64,000 nt of DNA from an uncultured Candidatus Saccharibacteria bacterium (GCA_964648765.1 CAZYLF010000002.1:3537-67536), one strand, 5' to 3'. Positions 9,265 to 18,645 are shown, numbered from the stretch's first letter. Program-made: numbers and translations. Notes: generated by a model from the letters alone, not told the origin.

Positions 9265-10176
9265 TTACGCAAACCTCACTCCATGAGCCTTTAGCCATTT
9301 CTTAAACTCTGGCACTCGACTCTTGTGAATAAAGATCCGATCGTTAAGATGGGTAATTGTCTTGCCCGCAAAAACCATTTTTTTGGTAGCTCTAATGTGG
9401 CGAGAGAAGAAAATCTCATATGACACAAACCCGAGCTTTTCAGAAATCCCTAGCACGGGGGTGTAATCCCATGGATACTCACGATCCGACTTGAGAATTA
9501 TCGCCCCAACCTCTTGCTTCCAAAGTTTGGCAAAAGTAATGCCAATACTTCCGCCGCAAACATTGGTATCCTTGAAAAGTCCAGAGCTATCTCGAGCCAT
9601 CGTTCTCACAAGTGGGTCCAATTTTTCGGGCATGTCTCGAAGCAGAAGATACTGATCTTTGAGCGGCTTCTTGACGTCAATCACCAAACCCTCAGCGTCA
9701 TCGAGTAATGTCATCCGATGAACATTCTTAGAGTCTGGGCGAAAATAATAAATCTCTTGGGTCATTACATCGCCCACAAAGGCAGCCACCACCTCACCAT
9801 TAATCACAAGTGAAAGCATGGTGCCAATGCCATCTGATTGCCGACGAATAAAAGCCTTAGTACCATCAAGTGGATCAACAGTGAAAAAAGCGTTCACACC
9901 TTTGATTGTGCACGGAATTGATAGGCCTCTCTCTTCTGCGATCACGCCATATCCTGGGAAGTTCTCACGAATAAAGCGGAGATACATTTCCTGAGCCGCA
10001 AGATCCGCACTGGTAAGATAATCTGCTTTACCATTCTTCTTCGGCTTCTCGGTAACATCAAACTTGAACTTTACTCGTCTGATCACCTTAATTGCTCGCC
10101 GCACAGCCTCTTTACCCAAAACTCCTACCGCACTGGGGGTTAACAACCCCGGCATTCGCAAAGTCTTCTTTGCCAT
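9265..10176 (-). CDS. inositol monophosphatase/CysQ family phosphatase
   Basis: TSADLAAQ, AEE, VDPLDGTKAF and PWD motifs. Confidence 0.88.
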   Translation of the reverse strand: MAKKTLRMPGLLTPSAVGVLGKEAVRRAIKVIRRVKFKFDVTEKPKKNGKADYLTSADLAAQEMYLRFIRENFPGYGVIAEERGLSIPCTIKGVNAFFTVDPLDGTKAFIRRQSDGIGTMLSLVINGEVVAAFVGDVMTQEIYYFRPDSKNVHRMTLLDDAEGLVIDVKKPLKDQYLLLRDMPEKLDPLVRTMARDSSGLFKDTNVCGGSIGITFAKLWKQEVGAIILKSDREYPWDYTPVLGISEKLGFVSYEIFFSRHIRATKKMVFAGKTITHLNDRIFIHKSRVPEFKKWLKAHGVRFA

Positions 10177-10252
10177 GTCAAATCCTCCTTCTAAAGTTAA
10201 GGTTCTGTCTACCTCTTATCTACCACAAAACAACTAAAAAATCAATAGAGAA

Positions 10253-10600
10253 CTAGATCGGGAAATGTTTAGAGAATTGACCCACCACTGGGAGCTCCTT
10301 CTCTTTACCATTGAGAGCATTAATGATGCCAATAACTGCCAGAATCAATACCGCCAAATTGACGATATTTAAAATTGACCAGAAAGCATACGAGTATACT
10401 GCCATTCTTAAGAACCAACAAATGATGCTGATTGCAAAAAGCACTAAACCTTGCTTGATGTGAAATTTAACAAATGAGTTTTTGTTAGCGACTAAATAAG
10501 ACACAATCACCAACGGTCCAATGTAAGCAAGCACACTCATCAACTTATTTTGATCGTGACTTGTTACTGGCGTCGACTGCGAATTTATTGGTTGTTCCAT
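10253..10600 (-). CDS. DUF4870-like membrane protein
   Basis: LAYIGPL..FVKFHIKQGL..LPVVG. Confidence 0.8.
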   Translation of the reverse strand: MEQPINSQSTPVTSHDQNKLMSVLAYIGPLVIVSYLVANKNSFVKFHIKQGLVLFAISIICWFLRMAVYSYAFWSILNIVNLAVLILAVIGIINALNGKEKELPVVGQFSKHFPI

Positions 10601-10605
10601 AATTA

Positions 10606-11007
10606 TTATTTATTTTTTTTAATATCCTCCCACACACCCACCACATTACCCTCCGTGTCTTTAACATAGGCATAATATCCCATGCCAGCGATCTCCTTTT
10701 TAGCCATTACTATTGTACCACCAGCGGCGGTAACTTTGCCAAGTGACTCATCAAGGTTTTGCACCACCACGGCCACGGTGGGTGTGGTGATAGGGAATTG
10801 GCCACCGCGCTTAAACATTCCGCCATTTATAAATCCTGGCTCCTTCCACATATTTTTTTCATCCACTGGACCGGTGTGAAGACCGACGTAATTAGATCCA
10901 TCGGGCATTGGCCAATCCATAGTGTTCCAACCGAAAGTGGATTCATAAAACTTTTTCGCCCTTTCCAAATCATCAGCCGGAATCTCAAAATGTTGAACTT
11001 TATCCAT
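10606..11007 (-). CDS. VOC/glyoxalase family protein
   Basis: HFEIPADDLERAKKFY..INGG..DTEGN. Confidence 0.9.
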   Translation of the reverse strand: MDKVQHFEIPADDLERAKKFYESTFGWNTMDWPMPDGSNYVGLHTGPVDEKNMWKEPGFINGGMFKRGGQFPITTPTVAVVVQNLDESLGKVTAAGGTIVMAKKEIAGMGYYAYVKDTEGNVVGVWEDIKKNK

Positions 11008-11102
11008 AAAATTTAAATTAGGTTTGTAACAGGATAATTTTAGCATAAAAATACCGCCCGGATCACTAGGACCCAGGCGGCGAAATATCTTACACGACTT
11101 GT

Positions 11103-11606
11103 TTACTTCCCTAGACTATAGTCTGGGACAAGACATTCCTTATCAGTCCTGACTTCACGGACCGGCACGTAGCCACGAGGAACATCCAAAAAATTTGCCT
11201 GAAGTACCCACACTTCACCAAGCATAGAGTGCCGAACAATTTGCCCAGCATTGAAGCCCGACCAAGTTCGGCACTTGGTCTTAGCCATACTGGGATATCG
11301 ACCCGTAACTGCGTCACTGAAAGAATTATGGTTGATCAGCCACGGTTCGCCAACAACACCGCATGAGGCATCTACTCGGCATCCCTGCGGGATGAAAAAC
11401 TTTATCTGGTTACCATCTGTGGTAGTGTGAGCAACAACTCCAGAATCCACATCTCCCCAGAGAAGTGAGAAACTCCCATGTTTCTTGTAAAACACAGTAT
11501 CACCAACACCGCTAAGTATGAGGTGACCTCCCATGTTTACTTCCAACATTCCATGGACAACAATAAATGATGGTGGAGTAACCCGGAACAACGTGGTGGC
11601 CGACAT
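11103..11606 (-). CDS. hypothetical protein
   Basis: AGGAGG SD, own TTGACA/TGCTAGTAT promoter and downstream hairpin. Confidence 0.65.
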   Translation of the reverse strand: MSATTLFRVTPPSFIVVHGMLEVNMGGHLILSGVGDTVFYKKHGSFSLLWGDVDSGVVAHTTTDGNQIKFFIPQGCRVDASCGVVGEPWLINHNSFSDAVTGRYPSMAKTKCRTWSGFNAGQIVRHSMLGEVWVLQANFLDVPRGYVPVREVRTDKECLVPDYSLGK

Positions 11607-11806
11607 AAGTCTAACCTCCTATTTTAAGGAACCCTTCGTGGCCCGGCCATCAACCGTAACCACTAACCAACTACTACAATTCGTTGGCTTACTTAACTGC
11701 TTACATACTAGCAAATATATTAATAAATGTCAAGCGCTGATTTAATAAGCAAAAAACCCATAAAACAGAACGTTTTATGGGTTCTCGCTTGCACAAAGTT
11801 TAAAAA

Positions 11807-12007
11807 CTAAGCGCGGGTGACGTTGGTGGCGGCTGGGCCCTTCTCGCCATCGACTACTTCGAAAGAGAGAGTATCGCCAACCTTTAACTCATCGTAAGTC
11901 ACGCCTTGTAACTCCTTTGAATGAAAGAAGAGGTCCTTAGTCTCGCCATCGCGAGCGATAAAGCCAAATCCTTTTGGAGTTAAAGTCTTGATTGTTCCTG
12001 TTGCCAT
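11807..12007 (-). CDS. cspA: cold-shock protein (CspA family)
   Basis: KGFGFI (RNP1), DLFFH (RNP2), KGPAATNV. Confidence 0.95.
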   Translation of the reverse strand: MATGTIKTLTPKGFGFIARDGETKDLFFHSKELQGVTYDELKVGDTLSFEVVDGEKGPAATNVTRA

Positions 12008-12136
12008 TTGATTTTTTTATAACTTTTTAAATATCCGCGGAAGTCGACTTTGCTGCTACTTCTTAGATTGCCGTATCATAACATAAAAACCCCGTAAAAG
12101 CACACTGTGCTTTTACGGGGCCCTAATTTCTCCTTT

Positions 12137-12733
12137 TTATTTAATTGCGGTTTGGAGAGTTACGCTTGCGCTCAATGCTCCGTCAATATCAAACGCACTA
12201 TTGCAAACATCAAGAAAGCTCCAACCCACATGCCAAGATAAGTGCCAATGTCCAGGCCAATTCAGCGGAATTTCCCCCGTTAGTCCTGGCGTGATGCCGT
12301 AACCCCAAAGATTATCTTTGATTTGATACTTCACTAAACCCTTAAATGTGTCTTCAATTGCGTAACTGACGTGGAAGACTTCGCCCACAATATCCACGCC
12401 AACTCGCCGACCAACTTTAGGATTATCCTCAAATGGATACCACCGCGCACCAAAACCCAAACTCTGTGCGCTACCAAATGGCTTGTCTACATCCACCGCG
12501 CCAGATTGCGCCAAAAGTTGAGCAAACTGGAGTCTAGTGTACACATCCACACCAGGCAGAACCTTGTCGTTCTCAAAACGTAACTCACTAAGCGGGAGCA
12601 AAATGCGCACATTTTTTCCGGCCACATTGGCCTTTACCTGTCGCACGCCACCTCCCAAGGCTGCACGGTTGCACCCTCCCACCAGGAGGATCAGACTTGG
12701 CAACATTGCCATTAAAATCATCACCCAATTCAT
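12137..12733 (-). CDS. putative lipoprotein, beta-strand rich
   Basis: AAGGAGG SD; signal peptide ending LVGGC; alternating hydrophobic strands. Confidence 0.6.
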   Translation of the reverse strand: MNWVMILMAMLPSLILLVGGCNRAALGGGVRQVKANVAGKNVRILLPLSELRFENDKVLPGVDVYTRLQFAQLLAQSGAVDVDKPFGSAQSLGFGARWYPFEDNPKVGRRVGVDIVGEVFHVSYAIEDTFKGLVKYQIKDNLWGYGITPGLTGEIPLNWPGHWHLSWHVGWSFLDVCNSAFDIDGALSASVTLQTAIK

Positions 12734-12869
12734 CCGACCCTCCTTTCGTTATAATAAAGGTCTCACTAAGAATTAAGCATGTGCTTGTTTTGATATTTAG
12801 TCAAATAAAAAACCGCGCTGGCAAATGCACCAGCGCGGCGATAATCAAAACCACATAACTAACAACTAA

Positions 12870-13409
12870 CTAGCGTCTATGGCCGGAGAAGGCTCCGAAA
12901 ATGTCTTCTAGCGTAGGAAACATTGGTCGCTCTCGCTCAAGAACAATTTGCCAGTTCTCCCTGATGCCAAGCCGCCCACTCTCCTCGTCAATCTTGCTCC
13001 GGGCTTCGTCCGAAAGTTCAAAATGAACGCAAGTAGCAGCGAGCGAATCCACCGCGTCCAGCATCAACCCCACCTTCTCCAACGCAGCAGTAGAAGTACA
13101 AGCTGCGCACTCACAAGGAGTAGGATCTTCTGGCTTAGTTTGATCGGGTGAGGCTTTCACGCCAAGATTGTCAATGACGGTGTGCATTCTCTTCTTCATA
13201 TGCTCCAGCGCAGCATCATTTCGAGCCTTTTTGATGGCATCTCGATCATCAATGAGACGATTTCGGAGAAAAACAAGCTTCCGAGTATAGGGATCCTCAA
13301 TCACTCCGAGAACCTTTTCTCCACGCTTAAGCTTGTCATCAATGCTCTTAACCTCCTCATCGGGAATGCCCTCTAGTGCCTTTTTCAGATCATCCATAAA
13401 CTTCGACAT
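12870..13409 (-). CDS. hypothetical protein, paralog family A (copy 1)
   Basis: Shares VLGVIEDP and GIRxxWQIV with 49678-50205 and 52626-53102. Confidence 0.75.
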   Translation of the reverse strand: MSKFMDDLKKALEGIPDEEVKSIDDKLKRGEKVLGVIEDPYTRKLVFLRNRLIDDRDAIKKARNDAALEHMKKRMHTVIDNLGVKASPDQTKPEDPTPCECAACTSTAALEKVGLMLDAVDSLAATCVHFELSDEARSKIDEESGRLGIRENWQIVLERERPMFPTLEDIFGAFSGHRR

Positions 13410-13571
13410 GTCCATCTCCTTCAAAGACCGCTACCTGTGAGCCTACGCGACTCACTCTGCCCATACATCTAGCATCCACCCCGATTTTTGTCAACACAAA
13501 TCTAATATTGACAAAATGCAACTTTCCTACTAGTTTACGGTTAGGTTCATTTACATGAAAGGAGGAACCTA

Positions 13572-14834
13572 ATGATTCCGAAAAAAGTACACGTAGTAGG
13601 CGGCGGGACAATTTCCCACGTCAGGTCACATTTGGGACTTTGCGCTCCAGCATACGGTTCGACGGCTCGTTTTATCGCCACTCTGGCTCAACTTGAGTCA
13701 GAGGCAATGCAGATTGAACTCCATCTCACCAGGATGGCTGACCCAACGAGTCATATTGAAACCAGCGAAGACTTAAAAGAATTGGTTTTGGAATTGGTTG
13801 ATGATCCGCGGACCAGAATCATTTTCTGGAATCCGGCCATCGTTGATTTTGATGGCACAATTGGTAAAGTTACGTCTGACAAATATGCCACACGTCTCCA
13901 CACTTCGGATGAAGGCGGCAAACCCCTTAGCTACGAGATGCACCTCACACCTGCCGATAAATTGGTGGGGATGATAAGGAATGGTAGTGAGGGGCGCAGA
14001 CCACGCAAGGATATCTTCCTCGTGAGTTTTAAAACCACAGCTGGAGCCACACCTGAAGAACAGTATCTGGCCGGGCTTCATCTGCTTAAAAGCTCGAGTT
14101 CAAACTTGGTGTTGGCTAATGACGTGGTGACCCGGCACAATATGATTATTGTGCCTGAAGAAGCGGTTTACCATGAGACCAAAAGTCGCACAGATGCCAT
14201 TATGGCCTTGGTGCAGATGACCTATTTGCGCTCTCACCTCACCTTCACCAGAAGCACCGTGGTGGCTGGCGAACCTGTGGCTTGGGATTCTGAATTGGTC
14301 CCGCCGGTACTCCGCAAAGTTGTGGACTTCTGCATTGACCGCGGCGCGTACAAAAAGTTCCGCGGTGTTACAGCCGGGCACTTTGCGGTGAAGATTGATG
14401 ACACCACCTTTCTCACCTCACGTCGCAAAACTGACTTTAATGATATGAAGACAGTGGGCCTCGTGATGGTAAAAACGGATGGGCCGGACTCAATCATCGC
14501 CTACGGCTCCAAGCCGTCGGTGGGTGGGCAATCACAAAGGATTGTTTTCACTGATCACCCTGGCACTGATTGCATTGTGCACTTCCATTGCCCAATTAAA
14601 CCGGGCTCAATGGTACCAACGGTGTCACAGCGCGAATATGAGTGTGGTAGCCACGAGTGCGGTAAAAACACTTCTCGAGGGCTTGCTCAGTTTGGTAATT
14701 TGAAAGCGGTGTATCTGGATCAACATGGTCCGAATATCGTTTTCTCCAAGGATATCAACCCACAAGAAGTGATCGACTTTATCGAGGCCAACTTTGACCT
14801 CGAGAAAAAGACGGGTGGCTACAGCGTCACCTGA
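13572..14834 (+). CDS. fusion of CoaB/DFP-like ligase domain and class II aldolase/adducin-like domain
   Basis: VVGGGT, AIVDF, LVSFKT, LVLAND (CoaB-like); GHFAVK..FLTSRR..KPS..IVHFH (aldolase II-like). Confidence 0.7.
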   Translation: MIPKKVHVVGGGTISHVRSHLGLCAPAYGSTARFIATLAQLESEAMQIELHLTRMADPTSHIETSEDLKELVLELVDDPRTRIIFWNPAIVDFDGTIGKVTSDKYATRLHTSDEGGKPLSYEMHLTPADKLVGMIRNGSEGRRPRKDIFLVSFKTTAGATPEEQYLAGLHLLKSSSSNLVLANDVVTRHNMIIVPEEAVYHETKSRTDAIMALVQMTYLRSHLTFTRSTVVAGEPVAWDSELVPPVLRKVVDFCIDRGAYKKFRGVTAGHFAVKIDDTTFLTSRRKTDFNDMKTVGLVMVKTDGPDSIIAYGSKPSVGGQSQRIVFTDHPGTDCIVHFHCPIKPGSMVPTVSQREYECGSHECGKNTSRGLAQFGNLKAVYLDQHGPNIVFSKDINPQEVIDFIEANFDLEKKTGGYSVT

Positions 14835-14902
14835 TCAACAAAGTTCTTTCTTCAAAAAAGCAATCCCGCGTTTGGAGTAATCCAAACGCGGGATTTTATT
14901 TT
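14814..14902 (+). repeat. direct repeat copy 1: 3' end of the 13572-14834 gene plus its terminator
   Basis: GGTGGCTACAGC...AACAAAGTTCTTT...42-bp identical CAATCCCGCGTTTGGAGTAATCCAAACGCGGGATTTTATTTT, recurring at 20638-20728. Confidence 0.9.
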
Positions 14903-14910
14903 GCATATAT

Positions 14911-14948
14911 AAAAAAACCGCACCACCAGCCGAAGCTGTTGGTGCGGT
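14911..14948 (-). terminator. terminator of the Ubl operon
   Basis: ACCGCACCA..TGGTGCGGT hairpin with a T7 run on the minus strand. Confidence 0.75.
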
Positions 14949-14983
14949 ATGACTACTTGTTTCTAAACTACAAATGGTTTGGC

Positions 14984-15292
14984 CTAGTTGCCGCGAACCT
15001 TTGTAAAGATCAAAACCTGGTCTCCTTCGTTCAGGGCGATGTCAAAGCTTGAAACTCTTTGTCCATTGAGCCGAACGTCCGAGGATGCATCAACCTTGCT
15101 CTCATACCCACTTGCCTTGAAAGCATCAACGATAGTGCTGCCCTCGGCAAGCTTGTACGCCTTCACCTGACCACCCGGAAATGCTCCCAACTTCATCTCA
15201 AACTTCTTCGCCGGAGCTTCTTTCTTCGCAACTTTCTTTCCGGTAACGCTACCACCCGCACTCTTCCGATTAGATGTCTTTGCCGTTGTCAT
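14984..15292 (-). CDS. ubiquitin-like beta-grasp protein (ThiS/MoaD-like) ending in VRGN
   Basis: VRLNG..D..LNEGDQVLI..KVRGN; Lys-rich N-terminal extension; follows E1. Confidence 0.85.
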   Translation of the reverse strand: MTTAKTSNRKSAGGSVTGKKVAKKEAPAKKFEMKLGAFPGGQVKAYKLAEGSTIVDAFKASGYESKVDASSDVRLNGQRVSSFDIALNEGDQVLIFTKVRGN

Positions 15293-15320
15293 AACTTAAT
15301 CCTTTCCTCTAGAGTGTTCC

Positions 15321-16022
15321 CTACTTATACATTTGACCTACGACCATCGTAGGCTGTAACGAAAAGACCAATTCATTTTCAAGCTCGTCAGTGAGAGGTT
15401 TCCCCTCCTTGAGCTTGCTCTGAATTTGCTGCCACCGAATCAACTGCCAAACCGCCAAACCTGAGACAATTTCGGCAGTAGATCCAACTGTAATCGACGC
15501 TCCACACGCTGACACGGGTGCAACATCGTCACCGTAAAGAGTACTTTCCCACCCTTTGACCTGGGTGGGGGCATTGGGGTTTATGGTATAAACCCGCCCA
15601 CTATTTGCCCCCATTCTGGTCTCAATCATAAGTTTGACCGAGGGTTTCAAACGGATGCCTCTTTCCCAGATTTCCTTTCGAGATGCCATCGTGTCAGTCA
15701 ACAGAAAGACAACATCTCCCAATCTTTGTGAGCCATCTACTCGTTCTGGGTGAACAGTAACCTGAGTACCTGTTTGCTCCAGAATAATCTCCGCCAAGGC
15801 CTCTGTTTTTAACCGGCCAACATGATTGTTGCCAAAAGCTTGGTTAGGAATATTGTGCGCCTCAATCTTATCGGGATCCCAAATATCAATCTTGGATATC
15901 CCGAGTTTTGCCAACCCGATCGCAATTCGCGACCCCGTGGCTCCCACTCCGATCACACTAACTCTTTGCTCTCCAAATTGCTCTGGAGCAAAGACCTCGA
16001 GATGGCGTATGGTATCAAGCAT
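15321..16022 (-). CDS. ThiF/MoeB family E1-like activating enzyme
   Basis: GVGATG, DPDKIEAHNIPNQ, GRLK, TDTMASR, putative catalytic Cys in SACG. Confidence 0.92.
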   Translation of the reverse strand: MLDTIRHLEVFAPEQFGEQRVSVIGVGATGSRIAIGLAKLGISKIDIWDPDKIEAHNIPNQAFGNNHVGRLKTEALAEIILEQTGTQVTVHPERVDGSQRLGDVVFLLTDTMASRKEIWERGIRLKPSVKLMIETRMGANSGRVYTINPNAPTQVKGWESTLYGDDVAPVSACGASITVGSTAEIVSGLAVWQLIRWQQIQSKLKEGKPLTDELENELVFSLQPTMVVGQMYK

Positions 16023-16038
16023 CTTTTTCCTTTCATCA

Positions 16039-16809
16039 TTAATCGTCCGTCTGCTGATTAGGACTCATCCACGAAAAAGGTGTCCAGTATTTTTGCGGCT
16101 GCGGGGCGACAGTGATAAATGAATAAGCCTTCACTTTCTCCCGCATCTCCGCACGTAATTCAAACCACAGAGCACGCAACTCATCCAATGAAGGCAAAGC
16201 TGGGCCCCTTAAACGCCAGGGCACGTCATGAATTGCATATCCTCGTCGCCAGTCAAACAAAGACAGATTAACCTCTCCACGCCGATTAAAAATTCCTCGT
16301 AAGAAGAACTCCGAACCTCGGTCACGAAAGACGTCCATCTGTTCATCATCCTGAGTAGAAGGATAAACCGATCCATTAACATGAGAATGGCCCCAAAACC
16401 TGATATTGTTGAAGGCTTCTTCTCCCTTGGGTTTTCTGAGCAACTCCGAAGCAAAATTAAACAAACTATCAGTGGTGATTTCAGTATGTCCACCACTAAC
16501 CCCCTGGTTGAAAAGATAAACATCATTGACGATAGTTTGTCTTTTCTCCCGAACGGCGGTGCCCAACCAACCTACTTCGTACCCAATACCGCTCACGAAC
16601 GCATGCATCTTAAACATTGCAAGCGGTGTGACTTCCACCAAAGCTGAAATCTTGCGAGGCACCCGTAGTCTCTCAACCACGGTGGAAAATTGCTCAGGCT
16701 CATTAAACGTCACTCCTGTTTCCTCAGGATGTGTCCACCTGATCTGACGCAATTCTCGTTTAGGTTTTAACTTCCCTCCCTTTCCGACCACTCCTCTGTA
16801 ATTCCTCAT
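16039..16809 (-). CDS. JAB/MPN+ metallopeptidase (deubiquitinase-like)
   Basis: EVGWLG and HSHVNGSVYPSTQD match E..HxH-x7-S-x2-D. Confidence 0.9.
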   Translation of the reverse strand: MRNYRGVVGKGGKLKPKRELRQIRWTHPEETGVTFNEPEQFSTVVERLRVPRKISALVEVTPLAMFKMHAFVSGIGYEVGWLGTAVREKRQTIVNDVYLFNQGVSGGHTEITTDSLFNFASELLRKPKGEEAFNNIRFWGHSHVNGSVYPSTQDDEQMDVFRDRGSEFFLRGIFNRRGEVNLSLFDWRRGYAIHDVPWRLRGPALPSLDELRALWFELRAEMREKVKAYSFITVAPQPQKYWTPFSWMSPNQQTDD

Positions 16810-16843
16810 AGCAAACTCTCCCTAGTAAGAGACAAAACAATAT

Positions 16844-18556
16844 CTAAGCGGCTTTTTCAGCAACTCGCAATTTCCCCATTGACTCAAGTATTGATGGATT
16901 CACTTTCTTACCATCAAACTCCTTGAGAAAATTTAGAGTCACAATAACCGCTGACTCAATTTCCAGACTTCCCAACAATTCAGGAACCACCAAACTTAAC
17001 TGACCGATACCTACTGCATCCTTTTCCGTTGCTCCCAATTGGGGAACATGTACCGCGCCAAATCTGTCGTGGTAAATTGGAAACGGATTAATGACCCTTA
17101 CTGCATCATCTCGAGTATTAAACTGGAGATGAAGAGGGCCAACTGAATATACTTGGTCAGTGCTTATGTCGGTGACCTCAAGTTGTGAGAAAACTACATG
17201 TAGGGTAGAACCCAACAAATTAATCTCTCGCACCTCTTTGAGTTTCCATAGCTTCTCCAGCTCATTATGAACTTTACTTGCCACTTCTTGGGGTTTTAAA
17301 ACTCCCAGCGTATTAGCAAGCGCAGCATAGAAAACTGACCGACGATTGGCATCAATTTGGTTTAAAAGCTCAACTACTCTAGCTTTCAAACCATGCTCCC
17401 TCGTTTGACGATTTTGAGAATACAATACCTGAAACGCTCTGAGCGTTTCAGGTGATAGCGGCGCTCTTTCCTTCGGGTACTCCATCCTTGCTACAGCCCT
17501 AGGAAAAATTTGAAGGATTCTCTGATACGCATCATCCTCATTTACAGAATCAATAGCTTTCAGAGCAAAAAGAGTTGCTGCTTCAAACTCAAAATTCTGC
17601 AAAAGTTTAATGATCCAAGCGCCTTCACCCTGGCACCAATGTCCTTTAGATCGATCCACATGGGGATGACCGTACTCAGCTGCATAACGTTCATCACGGT
17701 GGAAAGGCCTACGAGTTAGATTAGAAAATGACGCATCAGCCTTGTCTCCAAAACTTAACGTCACCTTAAACTCACCTAACTCATAGAGTTGTTTACCGTC
17801 TCCACTTAACGCATACATTACATGGGTAAACAATATAAGTTTGTCCCCCTGAACCTCAACTTTTTTTATCTCAGGAATATTAGCCAAGAGTTTGATAGCC
17901 CTGTCTGACTCACTGGTGTTATTGGTTATGTCAGCAAATTGCCGATCCAATTCTCCCCGCTGAGCCATGTGTTGCTCTAACTCTGCGCGATGTGCGTGCA
18001 TGGACATCTTGATTCGCCCCAAAAGATCCCGATCGATTGGCGGAAATTCTCCCCGCTGGCATTGCTCCAAAGTGGGCAAACCAATGCGCAAAAATTTCAC
18101 CGCTTCCAAGAGTATCCCCCTATAGATGGCATTTCTGGATTTGCGATCAGAATAACGATCACTGTTTGCGCGAAACAGAAAATACAAGCTATTGCCGACC
18201 AGTTCGGCCATAACATCTCCTGTTTTCGGGTCCACAATCACCAATCCATCACCAGACGGTTCATACATTCTTTCGCCCGATTCACAAATTGCCATTGGGT
18301 GACCCCAAATTTTCTTTGGGGTTAACCTAACTGAGGCAACTTTTGACGGAGTCGCAAAAATGTTAATGACAAATCTGTTATCACGATTTTGTGGAGGAAT
18401 ATGCTTTTGCCTTTCTGTGTCATGCATACCATCATGAATTTCAATCTCATCCATGTATGCCAGCTTATCGCCCAAGACCTCCCTCGTGATACCCTCAAAA
18501 TCCTGTTGAGTCTCCAAACTTCTTGTCCAATCAGTAGTTTTAACCACCAAAGACAT
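16844..18556 (-). CDS. large protein with two coiled-coil plus E2/UBC-like modules (first has catalytic Cys, second does not)
   Basis: HPHVDRSKGHWCQG resembles the UBC HPN..G.IC motif; internal repeat HVPQL..AVGIG lacks Cys. Confidence 0.7.
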   Translation of the reverse strand: MSLVVKTTDWTRSLETQQDFEGITREVLGDKLAYMDEIEIHDGMHDTERQKHIPPQNRDNRFVINIFATPSKVASVRLTPKKIWGHPMAICESGERMYEPSGDGLVIVDPKTGDVMAELVGNSLYFLFRANSDRYSDRKSRNAIYRGILLEAVKFLRIGLPTLEQCQRGEFPPIDRDLLGRIKMSMHAHRAELEQHMAQRGELDRQFADITNNTSESDRAIKLLANIPEIKKVEVQGDKLILFTHVMYALSGDGKQLYELGEFKVTLSFGDKADASFSNLTRRPFHRDERYAAEYGHPHVDRSKGHWCQGEGAWIIKLLQNFEFEAATLFALKAIDSVNEDDAYQRILQIFPRAVARMEYPKERAPLSPETLRAFQVLYSQNRQTREHGLKARVVELLNQIDANRRSVFYAALANTLGVLKPQEVASKVHNELEKLWKLKEVREINLLGSTLHVVFSQLEVTDISTDQVYSVGPLHLQFNTRDDAVRVINPFPIYHDRFGAVHVPQLGATEKDAVGIGQLSLVVPELLGSLEIESAVIVTLNFLKEFDGKKVNPSILESMGKLRVAEKAA

Positions 18557-18607
18557 GTTTTACCTCCTTTACATAGTTTAGTTTTCAAGGTCCCGTTACC
18601 TGTATAT

Positions 18608-18635
18608 TTACTAGCATATAGAAATAATTTGTCAA
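18608..18635 (-). promoter_or_regulatory. promoter of the Ubl operon
   Basis: TTGACA-N13-TGCTAGTAA on the minus strand; AAGGAGG SD downstream. Confidence 0.65.
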
Positions 18636-18645
18636 TAGCTAAAAT

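Noticed and set aside
14984-16022. ThiS/ThiF or MoaD/MoeB sulfur-carrier pathway
   Set aside because: No thiG/moaE or other sulfur-acceptor genes nearby; Ubl lacks GG; operon includes an E2-like protein
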